Shown here: one piece after another, positions 28,476-37,962 of the stretch | How the letters are laid out: each line of letters begins with the position of its first letter | Position numbering within the stretch: position 1 is the stretch's first letter | Virus record (IMG/VR): IMGVR_UViG_3300009788_000010 | From: an uncultured virus (IMG/VR IMGVR_UViG_3300009788_000010) | Lineage: Duplodnaviria; Heunggongvirae; Uroviricota; Caudoviricetes | Length of the DNA stretch: 64,000 nt | Strand: one strand, 5' to 3' | Translations under genes and position numbers: made by a program | The notes under the pieces: generated by a model | Database searches by the model: none | What the model was told of the DNA's origin: nothing | The model's input: the letters and a program-made list of their open reading frames with translations, nothing else

Positions 28476-31403
28476 TCACCTCGCCGCGTTCGCGCCCTGC
28501 GCGATCCCGAAACGGCTACCGATCGCCGACGCGATGGGGCCGCCTCGGGTAATGTCCTCAGACGTTTTCTTGATGATGTGGATATTGATTTCCTTCATCG
28601 AGTTGTTTTCCCGCTCGTCAACCGTCGCCTCCATGCCCGGTTGGTTGAACACGTTGACGACGACGTTTCCTCCGGCGGGGCCGCCGCCGCCCGGCGGGAT
28701 CGCGATGAGCCGCTCGCCCGGGGTCAGCCGCATGTTCATCCCGACCGAGTCGGGCGGGCCGGAGCCCGGCACCGTGAAGTCGAAGCCGTGCTGTCCAATG
28801 GCGGTTCCAAACCCGCCGGTCGCGGGCAGCACGGCTCCGCCGGGAATTGTCAAGGGAACCACGCTGGTGGCAGGGACGGCCGCTACGAATCCGCCGCCGC
28901 CGCCGAGGTTGAGTCCGCCAACGAAGTTGGAAATGATGCCGCCTATCCCCATCACGGCGGCGAGTAGCTGCTGCTGCGCGATGAGCCGGATCGTGTCGAT
29001 GACCAGTTGCTTGAGGATGTCGCTGAACCTCTCGCCGGCGAATGCCGCGTTGGCGAACCCGCTGGCGAACGCCTGTCCGGCCGAGACCGCGGTGTCCCTG
29101 AGGAATTCGAGAGCCGTCCGCGAGGACTCGATCTCGTCGATGGATTTTTCCAGCGTTTGGGCCAGTCTATCGGACGCGACCGCGAACTGCTCCTGGGAGA
29201 TGGTGCCAGAGTCTTGCAGTTTGACCAGCTCCTCCAACGCCAGCGTGTAGATTTCGGTCGCTTCGATGACCTCTCCCGTCGCCACCATCGCGTCGCCCAG
29301 CGCGCCGACGTAGAGTTCGATCCCCCTGACGACCAGATCCTGGTCCTTGATCTGCAACTCGTTGAGCCGGACGATGGCCGCGGTGAAGTTCTCGACGGGA
29401 GTGCGGGTCGCGTCGAACAGCGCCGCTATGTCCTTGAGCCTCTGCTTCTCCCTCTCTATCGCCTCTTCGTCGATCTTGGCGGGCGCCCCCAACTGCGCCT
29501 CTTCCTCTGGCTTCTTCGCCACTTGTCGTCGCAGCGATTCCTTGGCGAGGTTGAGTTGGATCTCCTCCTGTAGCGCGATCTGCTTCTCGAGCCTTCGGAC
29601 TTCCAAGTCGGCGGCCACGGAACTGACGCCCAACTGTGTTTGGGACTTCTGCATATCGATCGCCCGCTGCCTCGCCCTGTTGAGTTCCAGCATCAGATCG
29701 ACGAGCCGTTGCATGTTTTGGATTTCGAGATCTTCCAATCTCGCGGCGCTGAGGTCGCCCAGCGCCTTCGACTGTTCGAGCATTTCGTCGGTCAGCTTCT
29801 CCGACGCCTCCCTCGCCTTGTTCTGCTCCAGTATCCACAGTTGAAGCACGGTCACGGCGCCGATGAGCAGGCCGACAGGCCCTCCCAAAAACGCGAACGC
29901 TGCGTTCAACCTGACGATGGCCGCCGACGCGAGGTGGAGCATCGTGGTGAAGTTGGCCATCGCGCCCGCCGCGACGGTGAAGGACGTCGCCCAACCAACG
30001 ACCAGGACGCCGAGCCGCATCGCCGCCAGCACCGTCACGGCGTCCACGATTAGTCCGAACGTGCGCGCCAGGTTTTCCGACCTCTCTCCGAGGAGGCGCT
30101 CGTGCTCCGCCAGCGCCAGCGTCCTCTCCGACAAGGTCACCAGCCTGTCGGCGGCCTCCTCCTGTTCGGGGCCGATCTTCCTTAGGGCTTCGGCGTTCTC
30201 CAACTGTCCCTTGGAATTTATCTCCAACGCCCGCGCGACCTCCTCGTACGATCCCGACAGGCCGATCGCGCCGCGGATCGCGGCCGTCATCGTGTCGAGC
30301 AGCCCGCGCAGCGCGCCCTCCGCGCCGCGGTCGCCCGCTTGGAGGACCATCTCTTGTAGCGCGGACACCACCTGCTTCGAGGCGCCGAAGAGGTTGTCCT
30401 CCATCACCTTGGCCATCGCGAGCGCCGCGCCCGTCGCGCTGATGTTGGCCTCCGTCATGGCCTTCGTGACCTTGGCCTGGTTCGCGAGCGTGAGCGCGAT
30501 GGCCGTGCCCCTTCGCTGGAAGATTTGAACGGCGGAGGCGGCGTCGAGATTGGTTTCCGCAAATGATTCAAAGACCTTGATTAGTCCCCTCGCCTCGATG
30601 TCAACGTCCGCCATCGAGAGGCCGAGCCGGGCGATGGCCTCCTCCGCCTTCGGCGCCGGGTCAAGCAGCGACGCGAAGACGATGCGGAGCCCCGTGCCGG
30701 CGCGCGAGCCTTGGATGCCCGCGTTCCCGAGGACGCCGATGGCCGCGGCCAGCTCCTCGATCTCGATGTTGAGGTTCGCGGCAATCGGGCCCGCGAGCTT
30801 CATCGCCTCCGCGAGCTGGATGATGTTGGTGTTCGTCGACGCCGCCGTGTTCGCGAGGACGTCCGTGACGCGCGTCGTCTCGTTGGCCTCGAGGTTGAAC
30901 TGCTTGAGGACGTTCGACGCGATGTCGGCGGCCTGCCCGAGGTCGATGTTGCCCGCGGCGGCGAGGTTCAGCGTGTCGCCGAGCGCCTCGAGGATCTCGT
31001 TGGTCTTGAAACCGGCAAGGCCGAGGAACTCCATGCCCTGCGCCGCCTCTGTCGCGGAGAACCTCGTCGTCGCGCCGAAGAACCGCGCGGTCTCGTTCAG
31101 CTGCGCCATCTCCTCTTGAGTCGACCGCGTAACGGCCTCGACGCCCGACATGGCCTCGCCGAAGTCGCGGAGGACCTTCGCGCCCGAGATGATGCCGATC
31201 CCGATGCCGAGGCCGACCAGCACGCCGTTGAGGCTGAAGGCCGCGGACTTGAGCCGGCCGAAGCCCTTCTCCATCGTGGCGACGGACGCGGCGCCCTGCG
31301 CCGACGCGGCGCGGATCTGGCCTATCGACCGCGAATAAGACGCGGCGCCGGCGGTCGCGCCGGCGGGGTTGATGTTAATTCGTATGGAGTGGTCTGTCGC
31401 CAT
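28476..31403 (-). CDS. tape measure protein (TP901 family)
   Basis: GATTRFSATEAAQGM..LGLAG, GIQGSRAGTGLR and MEDNLFG. Long and Ala-rich. Confidence 0.95.
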   Translation of the reverse strand: MATDHSIRININPAGATAGAASYSRSIGQIRAASAQGAASVATMEKGFGRLKSAAFSLNGVLVGLGIGIGIISGAKVLRDFGEAMSGVEAVTRSTQEEMAQLNETARFFGATTRFSATEAAQGMEFLGLAGFKTNEILEALGDTLNLAAAGNIDLGQAADIASNVLKQFNLEANETTRVTDVLANTAASTNTNIIQLAEAMKLAGPIAANLNIEIEELAAAIGVLGNAGIQGSRAGTGLRIVFASLLDPAPKAEEAIARLGLSMADVDIEARGLIKVFESFAETNLDAASAVQIFQRRGTAIALTLANQAKVTKAMTEANISATGAALAMAKVMEDNLFGASKQVVSALQEMVLQAGDRGAEGALRGLLDTMTAAIRGAIGLSGSYEEVARALEINSKGQLENAEALRKIGPEQEEAADRLVTLSERTLALAEHERLLGERSENLARTFGLIVDAVTVLAAMRLGVLVVGWATSFTVAAGAMANFTTMLHLASAAIVRLNAAFAFLGGPVGLLIGAVTVLQLWILEQNKAREASEKLTDEMLEQSKALGDLSAARLEDLEIQNMQRLVDLMLELNRARQRAIDMQKSQTQLGVSSVAADLEVRRLEKQIALQEEIQLNLAKESLRRQVAKKPEEEAQLGAPAKIDEEAIEREKQRLKDIAALFDATRTPVENFTAAIVRLNELQIKDQDLVVRGIELYVGALGDAMVATGEVIEATEIYTLALEELVKLQDSGTISQEQFAVASDRLAQTLEKSIDEIESSRTALEFLRDTAVSAGQAFASGFANAAFAGERFSDILKQLVIDTIRLIAQQQLLAAVMGIGGIISNFVGGLNLGGGGGFVAAVPATSVVPLTIPGGAVLPATGGFGTAIGQHGFDFTVPGSGPPDSVGMNMRLTPGERLIAIPPGGGGPAGGNVVVNVFNQPGMEATVDERENNSMKEINIHIIKKTSEDITRGGPIASAIGSRFGIAQGANAAR

Positions 31404-31730
31404 CGAAGTTCTTGACCTCGGCCTTGCCTTCGCCCCTGGCGGTCTGGTAGCGGCGGTAGGCCGCGTCTAGCGCGTCCACCGTTTCCGAAAGCGTGTACAC
31501 GTCCTCGATGCCGTAAATGGACGAGTACGCGATGATCTCCTGATACGAAATAGCCGACCCCGACCGGCGAGCGAGCAACCTCAGGAAGGACTCGTATATC
31601 TCCAAGAGGTAGTCGTCGAGTTCCGGTCGCCGGTCCAGCGCCGGGGTAGGCTTGCCGGATGCTGCCCTCCGCTGGAGGAGGTCGAGGTGCGGCCCCCACT
31701 CTAGGTCCCAGCGGAGGTACTCGGTAAAGA
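31375..31730 (-). CDS. tail assembly chaperone T segment (expected -1 frameshift product)
   Basis: YLRWDLEWG..PTPAL..RPEL..ISYQEI.AY is in the -1 frame relative to G and has no ATG of its own. Confidence 0.65.
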
Positions 31731-32117
31731 CTCCATCGCGGCCGTACGGAAGGTCTCGTTCTCCATCGCCGCGTCGCACACGTCGTCGAGCATTCGTCGG
31801 TACTGCGGGTCGCCGAGGATGGTCTTGGCCAGTTCGGTCGAGAACGGGATCGGCGTGCCCTCGGCGTCCTCGATCCCCTTCCAGTCGACGATCAGGACCT
31901 CGGCGGCGAGTTCGAGCGCCTGAGACTCGACGATCTCGAGAGGCACGACCTCCCTCGACGCGTAGAACCTGCGGTTCGCCTTGAGATGACGCTGCCGCAT
32001 CTGGCGCGCCAACTTGCAGTTCCACGACCGGACCTTGCCGGTCCAGCCGCGGGTCATCTCTATCCACGCGCCTTCTTCTTCCGCGTCTACGTTGGTCGCG
32101 ATCTCTGTCAGCTTCAC
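31701..32117 (-). CDS. tail assembly chaperone G
   Basis: EEEGAW and LIVDWKGI.D..G..IPFS.E.AK..L. Lies between the tube and tape measure genes. Confidence 0.85.
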   Translation of the reverse strand: MKLTEIATNVDAEEEGAWIEMTRGWTGKVRSWNCKLARQMRQRHLKANRRFYASREVVPLEIVESQALELAAEVLIVDWKGIEDAEGTPIPFSTELAKTILGDPQYRRMLDDVCDAAMENETFRTAAMESLPSTSAGT

Positions 32118-32195
32118 TTGGCTTCCTCCTCGTGAAGATGGTTAAGGGACCGGCGAGATCGCGCCCGCCGGCCCCGTTGTGTCAGCCCGCTTGGG

Positions 32196-33362
32196 CTAGA
32201 CGCCCGGGAACCTCGTCACGCCGGCCGTGACGGAATACGTCGGGTCCAGGTAGGCGGACCACGACATCTGCGCGAACACGTCGCGGTCGATGCCCTCCGC
32301 CAGGACCTGCCCGTCGGTGAACTTGAGCTGGGGGAAGTCGAACACGTAGCCGGCGCCGGCGGCGTCGATCGCGCGGAACGCGAACTCCGAGATCGTGAAG
32401 TTGAGGTACTTCTCGAAGAGCGTGCGGCTCTCGAAGTAGGCCCTCAGCGTGCCGGAGACGTTCACGCGGCCGGCCCCGATGCCGCGCGCGAACACCTGGC
32501 CCAGCTTCGACTGCGGCCGCAGGTTGTTCTGGATCGTGAACTGGACCTGCTCGATGTCCAGCCCGCCCTCGACGCCGCCCTCCCGCAGCCCCGCGATGTT
32601 GTCGATCGCGTTCATCACGGCGCCCGACGTGGTCACGGGCGAGCCGACGCCGGCGGTCGCGTTCGCCCCCGTCTCGCCGAGCCCTCCGAACGTGAACGTG
32701 CCGGTCAGGATCGAACCGACGGCCGCCGTGACCGTCATCTGCCCGACGCGGCAGCCGTGGTACTGGAGGAACTCGTTCGACAGGTCGGAGAACTCCTTCT
32801 CGAGGTAGTACGACTTGAGCACGGTGCCGTTGGGCAGGAACTGGCCCTGCACCGCCTCGTCGCCAGTTCCTATCTCGGTCACGAGCACCTGCTCGACGGT
32901 CACGTCCGTCCCCGCGATGGGAATGGAAGCGATCTTGAAGAACCCGTTGTTCGCCGCGTCGGTGAAGCCGGAAGTGAAGATCCATTGCCCCACCACCGCG
33001 TTCGCGAACGGCGTGCCCGACGACGCCGCGAAAGTGTCGTTGGTCTCCACGTCGATCGACTGCGCCGTGACGGGCGCGAGCGTCCCCCACGTGTTGAACA
33101 GCGCGCCCTCCAGGATGTCGTCGTGCGACGCCGCGGACAGCTCGATGTTGACGTCGCCCTCCGAGCTGACCCTCGTCCGCACGATGTCCGGCACCTGCCG
33201 GTCCGAACGGATCTCCTGCGACTCGGTCACCTCCGTCGCCTGCTTGAGCGCCTCGCCCGTGAACCTCATGTCGTTCAGCGCGGCCGCTCCCGGGTTCGGA
33301 GGCTGCTCGCCGAACGTGACCTCCTCGATGAAGCGTAGTTGGACTCGACTGGAATCGCTCAT
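32196..33362 (-). CDS. major tail tube protein
   Basis: EEVTFG, RFTGE.L, SQEIRSDRQ, G..NVSGTL..YF and FDFP.LKF. Confidence 0.9.
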   Translation of the reverse strand: MSDSSRVQLRFIEEVTFGEQPPNPGAAALNDMRFTGEALKQATEVTESQEIRSDRQVPDIVRTRVSSEGDVNIELSAASHDDILEGALFNTWGTLAPVTAQSIDVETNDTFAASSGTPFANAVVGQWIFTSGFTDAANNGFFKIASIPIAGTDVTVEQVLVTEIGTGDEAVQGQFLPNGTVLKSYYLEKEFSDLSNEFLQYHGCRVGQMTVTAAVGSILTGTFTFGGLGETGANATAGVGSPVTTSGAVMNAIDNIAGLREGGVEGGLDIEQVQFTIQNNLRPQSKLGQVFARGIGAGRVNVSGTLRAYFESRTLFEKYLNFTISEFAFRAIDAAGAGYVFDFPQLKFTDGQVLAEGIDRDVFAQMSWSAYLDPTYSVTAGVTRFPGV

Positions 33363-33363
33363 C

Positions 33364-33810
33364 TCACCCTCCTGCCGTGGCGTCCGCGAAGAACGGGCTC
33401 ACGACGTTGAGTTGGAAATAGTCCCCATCGGGGCCAACCCGCACGGGGTAGGGCGCACGAAAAGTCATCCCGTCAATCCGCGCCTGCCGAAAGATGCCCG
33501 CGGCGGTCTCCGCCAGTCGGTAGGCGAGTCCCTCGCCCACGCCCTTCGGCACGAAGACGGAAACGACCATCGTTCCCGTCGATCTGAATCTCGGATCTGA
33601 AGACATGTCGGCTTGGAAGGCGCCGGAGTAGACGAAGACGACGCGCACGTACGAGCCGCGCGGCGGGTTCGGAGTCGTCGGAATCTCGGGCGGCGTGAAG
33701 TCGATGTTGTCCCATTGTATGGGGACGTCTGGATGGGACGCCTCCCATTGAGACTCGAACCGGCCACGGGCCACGCTCGTCTGTACTGTCCACTGGTCGG
33801 CCGTCGTCAT
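33364..33810 (-). CDS. tail terminator-like protein
   Basis: WDNIDFTPP, G.MVVSVFVPKG.G and YFQLNV..PF. Confidence 0.75.
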   Translation of the reverse strand: MTTADQWTVQTSVARGRFESQWEASHPDVPIQWDNIDFTPPEIPTTPNPPRGSYVRVVFVYSGAFQADMSSDPRFRSTGTMVVSVFVPKGVGEGLAYRLAETAAGIFRQARIDGMTFRAPYPVRVGPDGDYFQLNVVSPFFADATAGG

Positions 33811-34220
33811 TAGAACGAGATTCCCGACGCAAGGAACGTCTTGATGTGTTCGATGGTCGCGGCGACCATCACGCCCGGCCCGGCCTGCCGCGAGTGCCCG
33901 CTCTCGAGGGCTTCGATGTAGGGCAGGTTGTTGACGATCCAGATCGCGTTGCCGCCGCGCTGCTCTGACATCTTCGAGAGGCCCTCGGCGATCGTGCCGC
34001 CGCCCGACCTGTCGACGGCGTTCAACTCGGTCGACGGCGGCGAGGTGACGGAGACCTGCCAGTTGCCGCGGGCGCGTCCGGTGTCGACCGGCGTTTTGAG
34101 CACCACGCCCCGCAGCACCTCGCCTCCCACCTTCTGGAGCAGGAGTTTGAACTTCTTGTCGAAGATGGCGGGCTCCAACGCCAGACCCGCGTTGAACTTC
34201 GAGATGTTTTGAAAAGCCAT
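33810..34220 (-). CDS. HK97 gp10-family neck protein
   Basis: TPVDTGRARGNW and NNLPYI..LE.GHS.QA. Confidence 0.9.
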   Translation of the reverse strand: MAFQNISKFNAGLALEPAIFDKKFKLLLQKVGGEVLRGVVLKTPVDTGRARGNWQVSVTSPPSTELNAVDRSGGGTIAEGLSKMSEQRGGNAIWIVNNLPYIEALESGHSRQAGPGVMVAATIEHIKTFLASGISF

Positions 34221-34594
34221 CAGTGCACCAGCTCGCAGAGATACGCGGCCTTGAGGTCGCCGGAGTAGTACGTGAGGACTCGGCCCACGCGGAACGTCTC
34301 GCCGGTCGAGACCAGTTGCATCCTGTCTCCCGTCGCGGGCACGGCCGGCGCGCCGAGCCCCGCCACCCATGTGGACAGATTGGACACCTCGCTTCCGTCT
34401 CCGCCGCCGATGGCCTTGTTGAACGGCGCGGGCGGCGAGCCCTTGATGGCATGCTTGGCGGGCGTCGCGTTGGTCGCGTCGCCCGTCGTCGTGTCGAAGC
34501 CCGTCACCGCGCCGACCTCAAGAACCCAGTCTGTGCCGAGCGAATCGATGAAGCCCTTCACGGCGGGCCTTAGCGCGAGGTCGAGAGTCGTCAA
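34220..34594 (-). CDS. head closure / head-tail joining protein
   Basis: TTG start. FD.TTG and P.TGD motifs. Position in the neck module. Confidence 0.65.
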   Translation of the reverse strand: MTTLDLALRPAVKGFIDSLGTDWVLEVGAVTGFDTTTGDATNATPAKHAIKGSPPAPFNKAIGGGDGSEVSNLSTWVAGLGAPAVPATGDRMQLVSTGETFRVGRVLTYYSGDLKAAYLCELVH

Positions 34595-34595
34595 G

Positions 34596-35132
34596 TCAAG
34601 CCCTCTCCAAAGCCACGGTGGCCGACCCGCCCTGCGACACGGTGGCCAACAGCTCCTCGACGATGCGGTAGACCGGATCTGTGTCGCCGGAGCCGATCGG
34701 CGCGGAGTACCATCGCTCCGTCTCCAGCTCGCCCACCTTGTCCATGGTTCTCGTGACGCCGATCGAGGACGAAGCCGGGTCGGGCAGCAGTTCCGACGCC
34801 GCGGCGCGGAGCGCCAACTCCGCCATCGCCCGTTGGACGACGACCGGCACCGCGTCGCTGTCGATCGTCCACCCGTTGTCGTCGACCGCGCCCCGGCGCG
34901 GCCATTCGAGCGACTGGTCCCTGTCCGCCCTGAACCCGGAGAAGCCGCCGCCGTAATAGCGGTCCAGGTGCTGGGTGGCGGATCTGACCTTCGACTCCTT
35001 CGCCGCCGTGTCCAGCGCGTTCCACGTCGTGGTGACTCGCCCGAAATTGGCGAAGTACGTCTCCGCGTCGGCGATGGAGATATAGGCGTCCGCGTTGGCC
35101 AGCCCGGTTCCGTCCTCGACCGTGAGCGCCAT
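34596..35132 (-). CDS. head-tail adaptor (DnaT-like family)
   Basis: LTVEDGTG..NA..Y.S, Q.LEWPR and KVGELE. Confidence 0.85.
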   Translation of the reverse strand: MALTVEDGTGLANADAYISIADAETYFANFGRVTTTWNALDTAAKESKVRSATQHLDRYYGGGFSGFRADRDQSLEWPRRGAVDDNGWTIDSDAVPVVVQRAMAELALRAAASELLPDPASSSIGVTRTMDKVGELETERWYSAPIGSGDTDPVYRIVEELLATVSQGGSATVALERA

Positions 35133-35142
35133 GCCGCCCTCC

Positions 35143-35535
35143 CTACGCCCTCACGAGGCCGCGGTGGGCGTCCGTGTACTGCTTCCGCTCCTCGTCGGTC
35201 GCGGGCGACTCCGGCGTGTGGTCCTCGATCTTCACGCACCGCGGCGGCCTGCATGACATCCACGCGTCCGCCGACTCCTGGGAGATGTCGCCGACCGCGT
35301 CGCCGTTCTCCTGGACGTAGAAGTTGCGGCCGTAGATGGGAACCATCCCGCCCGGTTTCGCCCTGCGGCTGAAGCGGTCGTAGATAGGCACGACCACGCG
35401 GACCGTGCCGTCTGCCGGCCTCTCGTTGGGCAGGCCGAGCAGTTCCCGCTTGTTCCTGGACTTCTTCGGAGCCGGCGCCGGCGCGGCGCCCTCGTCGTCC
35501 GACGCGCTGCGGCGCCGCGTTCCTTCCTCTGCCAT
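35143..35535 (-). CDS. hypothetical protein downstream of the capsid gene
   Basis: RBS AAGGAG. Position in the head module. Confidence 0.6.
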   Translation of the reverse strand: MAEEGTRRRSASDDEGAAPAPAPKKSRNKRELLGLPNERPADGTVRVVVPIYDRFSRRAKPGGMVPIYGRNFYVQENGDAVGDISQESADAWMSCRPPRCVKIEDHTPESPATDEERKQYTDAHRGLVRA

Positions 35536-35678
35536 TGGTCTTCTCCTTCTCGAGAGCGGGCTTCCTTCGCCCGCGTGAAAACGATGCGCCGGGGAGGTGA
35601 GGCTGTCGAGGCCTCGGCCAACCTGGGAGGGTTGGACGCCGAGCCCTCCCCGGCGCGTTCAACAACCGCGGTCGCCCG

Positions 35679-36611
35679 CTAGTTGTTGATGTTCGGCAGC
35701 CGAGCCAGGCCGCGGATGTTGTAGTTCACGAAGTTCGTGTACCACTTGACGCGCCAGATCTCGACGTCCTTCAGCTCCTGCGGGCCGACGGGCTCGACGG
35801 AGATGCCCGCGGGCATCGACGCCGGGTGGATTCCCGCGATGCCGACCTTGCGGGAGCCGTCGTCGAAGACGCCCGCCCACACGGAGCTGAACGCCCCGCC
35901 GGTGATCGCCGCCGCGTCGCCCGTCTCCACGATCGGCAGGAACTCGTTCTTGAAGATCGGAATTCCCTCGTAGGTCGTGACCGACCGGCCGAGCGGCGTC
36001 GTGAAGACCCAGTCGCCCGGCGTCCCGCCGAGGTCCCGGAGCAGCGCCTTGTAGGCGCGCATCGTCCGCGGCGCCATCATCAGCCAGTCGACCTGGCCGT
36101 TCTTGGACTTGACGAGGTCCATCAGCTCGTCCAGCAGAATGAACGAGATCGGCTCGCCCGTCACCAGCGACCCGACGAACTGGCTCGAGTCGATGAGCGA
36201 GTGGAGGGCGTTGATCCCGTTCGTGCCGTCGCCCGCGATTTCCTGTCGGAAGGTGCGGCCGACGCTCTTGCTCTTGGACGAGATCTCGACCGACGTCTGG
36301 TCGACGCCCGCCGAGGCCGACTGGGCCTGCACGAGGCCGTCCATTTCCACGTCGCCGATGATCCGGCCCGCGGTGAAGGACGTCTGGGTGAACGTCGCGG
36401 CGGCCTTCGCCGTGATCGTGCCTCCGATCGTGTTCAGGATCATGGCATCGCCGAGCGCGTTCTCCGCGTTCACGACGACAGCCTGACCCGTGTAGGGGTC
36501 GAAGCCCATGACATCGAAAAGCGGATCGATGTCGATGATGTCCTCGGCCACGCCAGCCACCAGGTCGTTCTGGATCAGCTTGGCGGCTTCGGCGAGAGTT
36601 TGAGACGCCAT
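35679..36611 (-). CDS. major capsid protein
   Basis: TLAEAAKL, LDELMDLV, Y.GIPI and WRVKWY...GLARL. RBS GGAGGT. Confidence 0.9.
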   Translation of the reverse strand: MASQTLAEAAKLIQNDLVAGVAEDIIDIDPLFDVMGFDPYTGQAVVVNAENALGDAMILNTIGGTITAKAAATFTQTSFTAGRIIGDVEMDGLVQAQSASAGVDQTSVEISSKSKSVGRTFRQEIAGDGTNGINALHSLIDSSQFVGSLVTGEPISFILLDELMDLVKSKNGQVDWLMMAPRTMRAYKALLRDLGGTPGDWVFTTPLGRSVTTYEGIPIFKNEFLPIVETGDAAAITGGAFSSVWAGVFDDGSRKVGIAGIHPASMPAGISVEPVGPQELKDVEIWRVKWYTNFVNYNIRGLARLPNINN

Positions 36612-36710
36612 TGCGTCTACCTCCGTTGTTTGGTTTCAGGTTCTCTCGGCGTCCCGCCAAGTTCCGCGTCCGCGGGCGTCCTGCCCATGGCCGCGAGGTC
36701 CGGTCAGATC

Positions 36711-37536
36711 CTAGTCGCCGGCGGGCGGCGCACCCGACGCCTCCCTCACCGTCCTCGGATCGCGCAGTCCCTTCTCGATGCGGCTGCGGCCGCGCGCCTC
36801 GTCCTTGCCCGACCCAGGCTTCCTGTCTCCGCCGGGCGTCCCGCCTCCGCCGGAGTGGCCCGCGCCGTCGAAGGCGCCCTTGAACTCCGCCTTGCCCTTC
36901 AGGTCGAGCGCGAAGTCCTTGATCGTCATGTCCTTGCCCTGGCCGTTCACGCGGGCCGTCCCGGCGGCGTCCACGACCTCGACGACGATCTTCGGCTTGC
37001 CGTCGACCTCCGTCTCCCGCATCCGGATCGCCCCGCATGACGGGTTTGAGCAGCGCCGGCCGGCCCTTCACGTCCGGGTCGGAGAGCGCCGTCGCGATGC
37101 GGTTGTCGATCAGCTCGCTCTCCAGCTGGCCGAGCAGGAAGACCTCGCGCGAGTCCCGCCTGTCCAGCTCCGTCTTGTGCGACTTGCCGATCGCCTCCTT
37201 GTGGGCGTCGATCTTCGCCGCCGCCAGCCTGTCGGCCTCCTTCTTCGGGTCGATCGACGAGAGCGTCTCGTACTTGCTCAGCTTCTCCCTGGTCTCTTCG
37301 GGGTCGAGGCCTTCGAATGCCTTGAGCGCGACGCCGTTCTTGCGGTTCGTCTCCCGCTCGGACTGGAGGGCGGACTTCAGGCCCGTCACGTCCTCGAGCG
37401 AGAAACCCTCGGCGGCCGTGACGTCCAGCGTCCACCTCGTCGCGTCGCCCTCGCCGCTCTGCGTGTACTCCGCCTGGAACGCGGAGTCCAACCCTTCGAA
37501 CTCTTCCTTCTTCGCGATCACTGCTGCGAGCGCCAT
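36711..37536 (-). CDS. capsid scaffolding protein, split by a frameshift near 37030
   Basis: The N-part (LEDVTGLKSALQSER..LLKPVMR) and the C-part (VEVVD..G..R..MTI..F.G..SGGG) lie in different frames. Confidence 0.75.
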
Positions 37537-37728
37537 CCCGGCACCCTCCTATCGCGGCCCGCGTCCTGCGCGGCCGCCGTTGACTAGCTCCCCGGCTAGT
37601 GGCCAGATTTCTGGTCCCGTATTCGGGCGGACGCCTTCGCCTTGGCCCGGGTTTTGGAATGGCCGACGACCTTCGTCCGCCCTCCCGACAGCTTCTTATA
37701 AATCGTGTACCCGCTCCCGGCGGACTTC

Positions 37729-37962
37729 CTAACCCTGTGCGGCATCGCCCTCGCCCCCCAACGGCGGCAGGCCGTGTTCCTTGCGGATCTGATTCGGGTC
37801 GCGCTCCGGGAAATCGGCGATCTCGAGCGCGGCCATCTCCTCCTCCGTCCTGCGGTTGGCGAGGCCTACGCCCTTGATCTCCGGCGTCGTCTTGACGGCG
37901 TCCGAGTAGTCGTGGCGGTTAAAGACGTTGTCGCTGCCCTCGGGGCTCTCTCGTCTCGCCAT
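37729..37962 (-). CDS. small hypothetical protein, candidate immunity protein for the MuF toxin
   Basis: TAATG coupling to the MuF stop. 77 aa. Confidence 0.5.
   Translation of the reverse strand: MARRESPEGSDNVFNRHDYSDAVKTTPEIKGVGLANRRTEEEMAALEIADFPERDPNQIRKEHGLPPLGGEGDAAQG

Noticed and set aside
35659..37030. 625-aa scaffold ORF extending over the capsid gene as a true overlapping protein
   Set aside because: After the frameshift point the sequence is an Arg-rich alternative frame. The scaffold-like C-terminus is in another frame.
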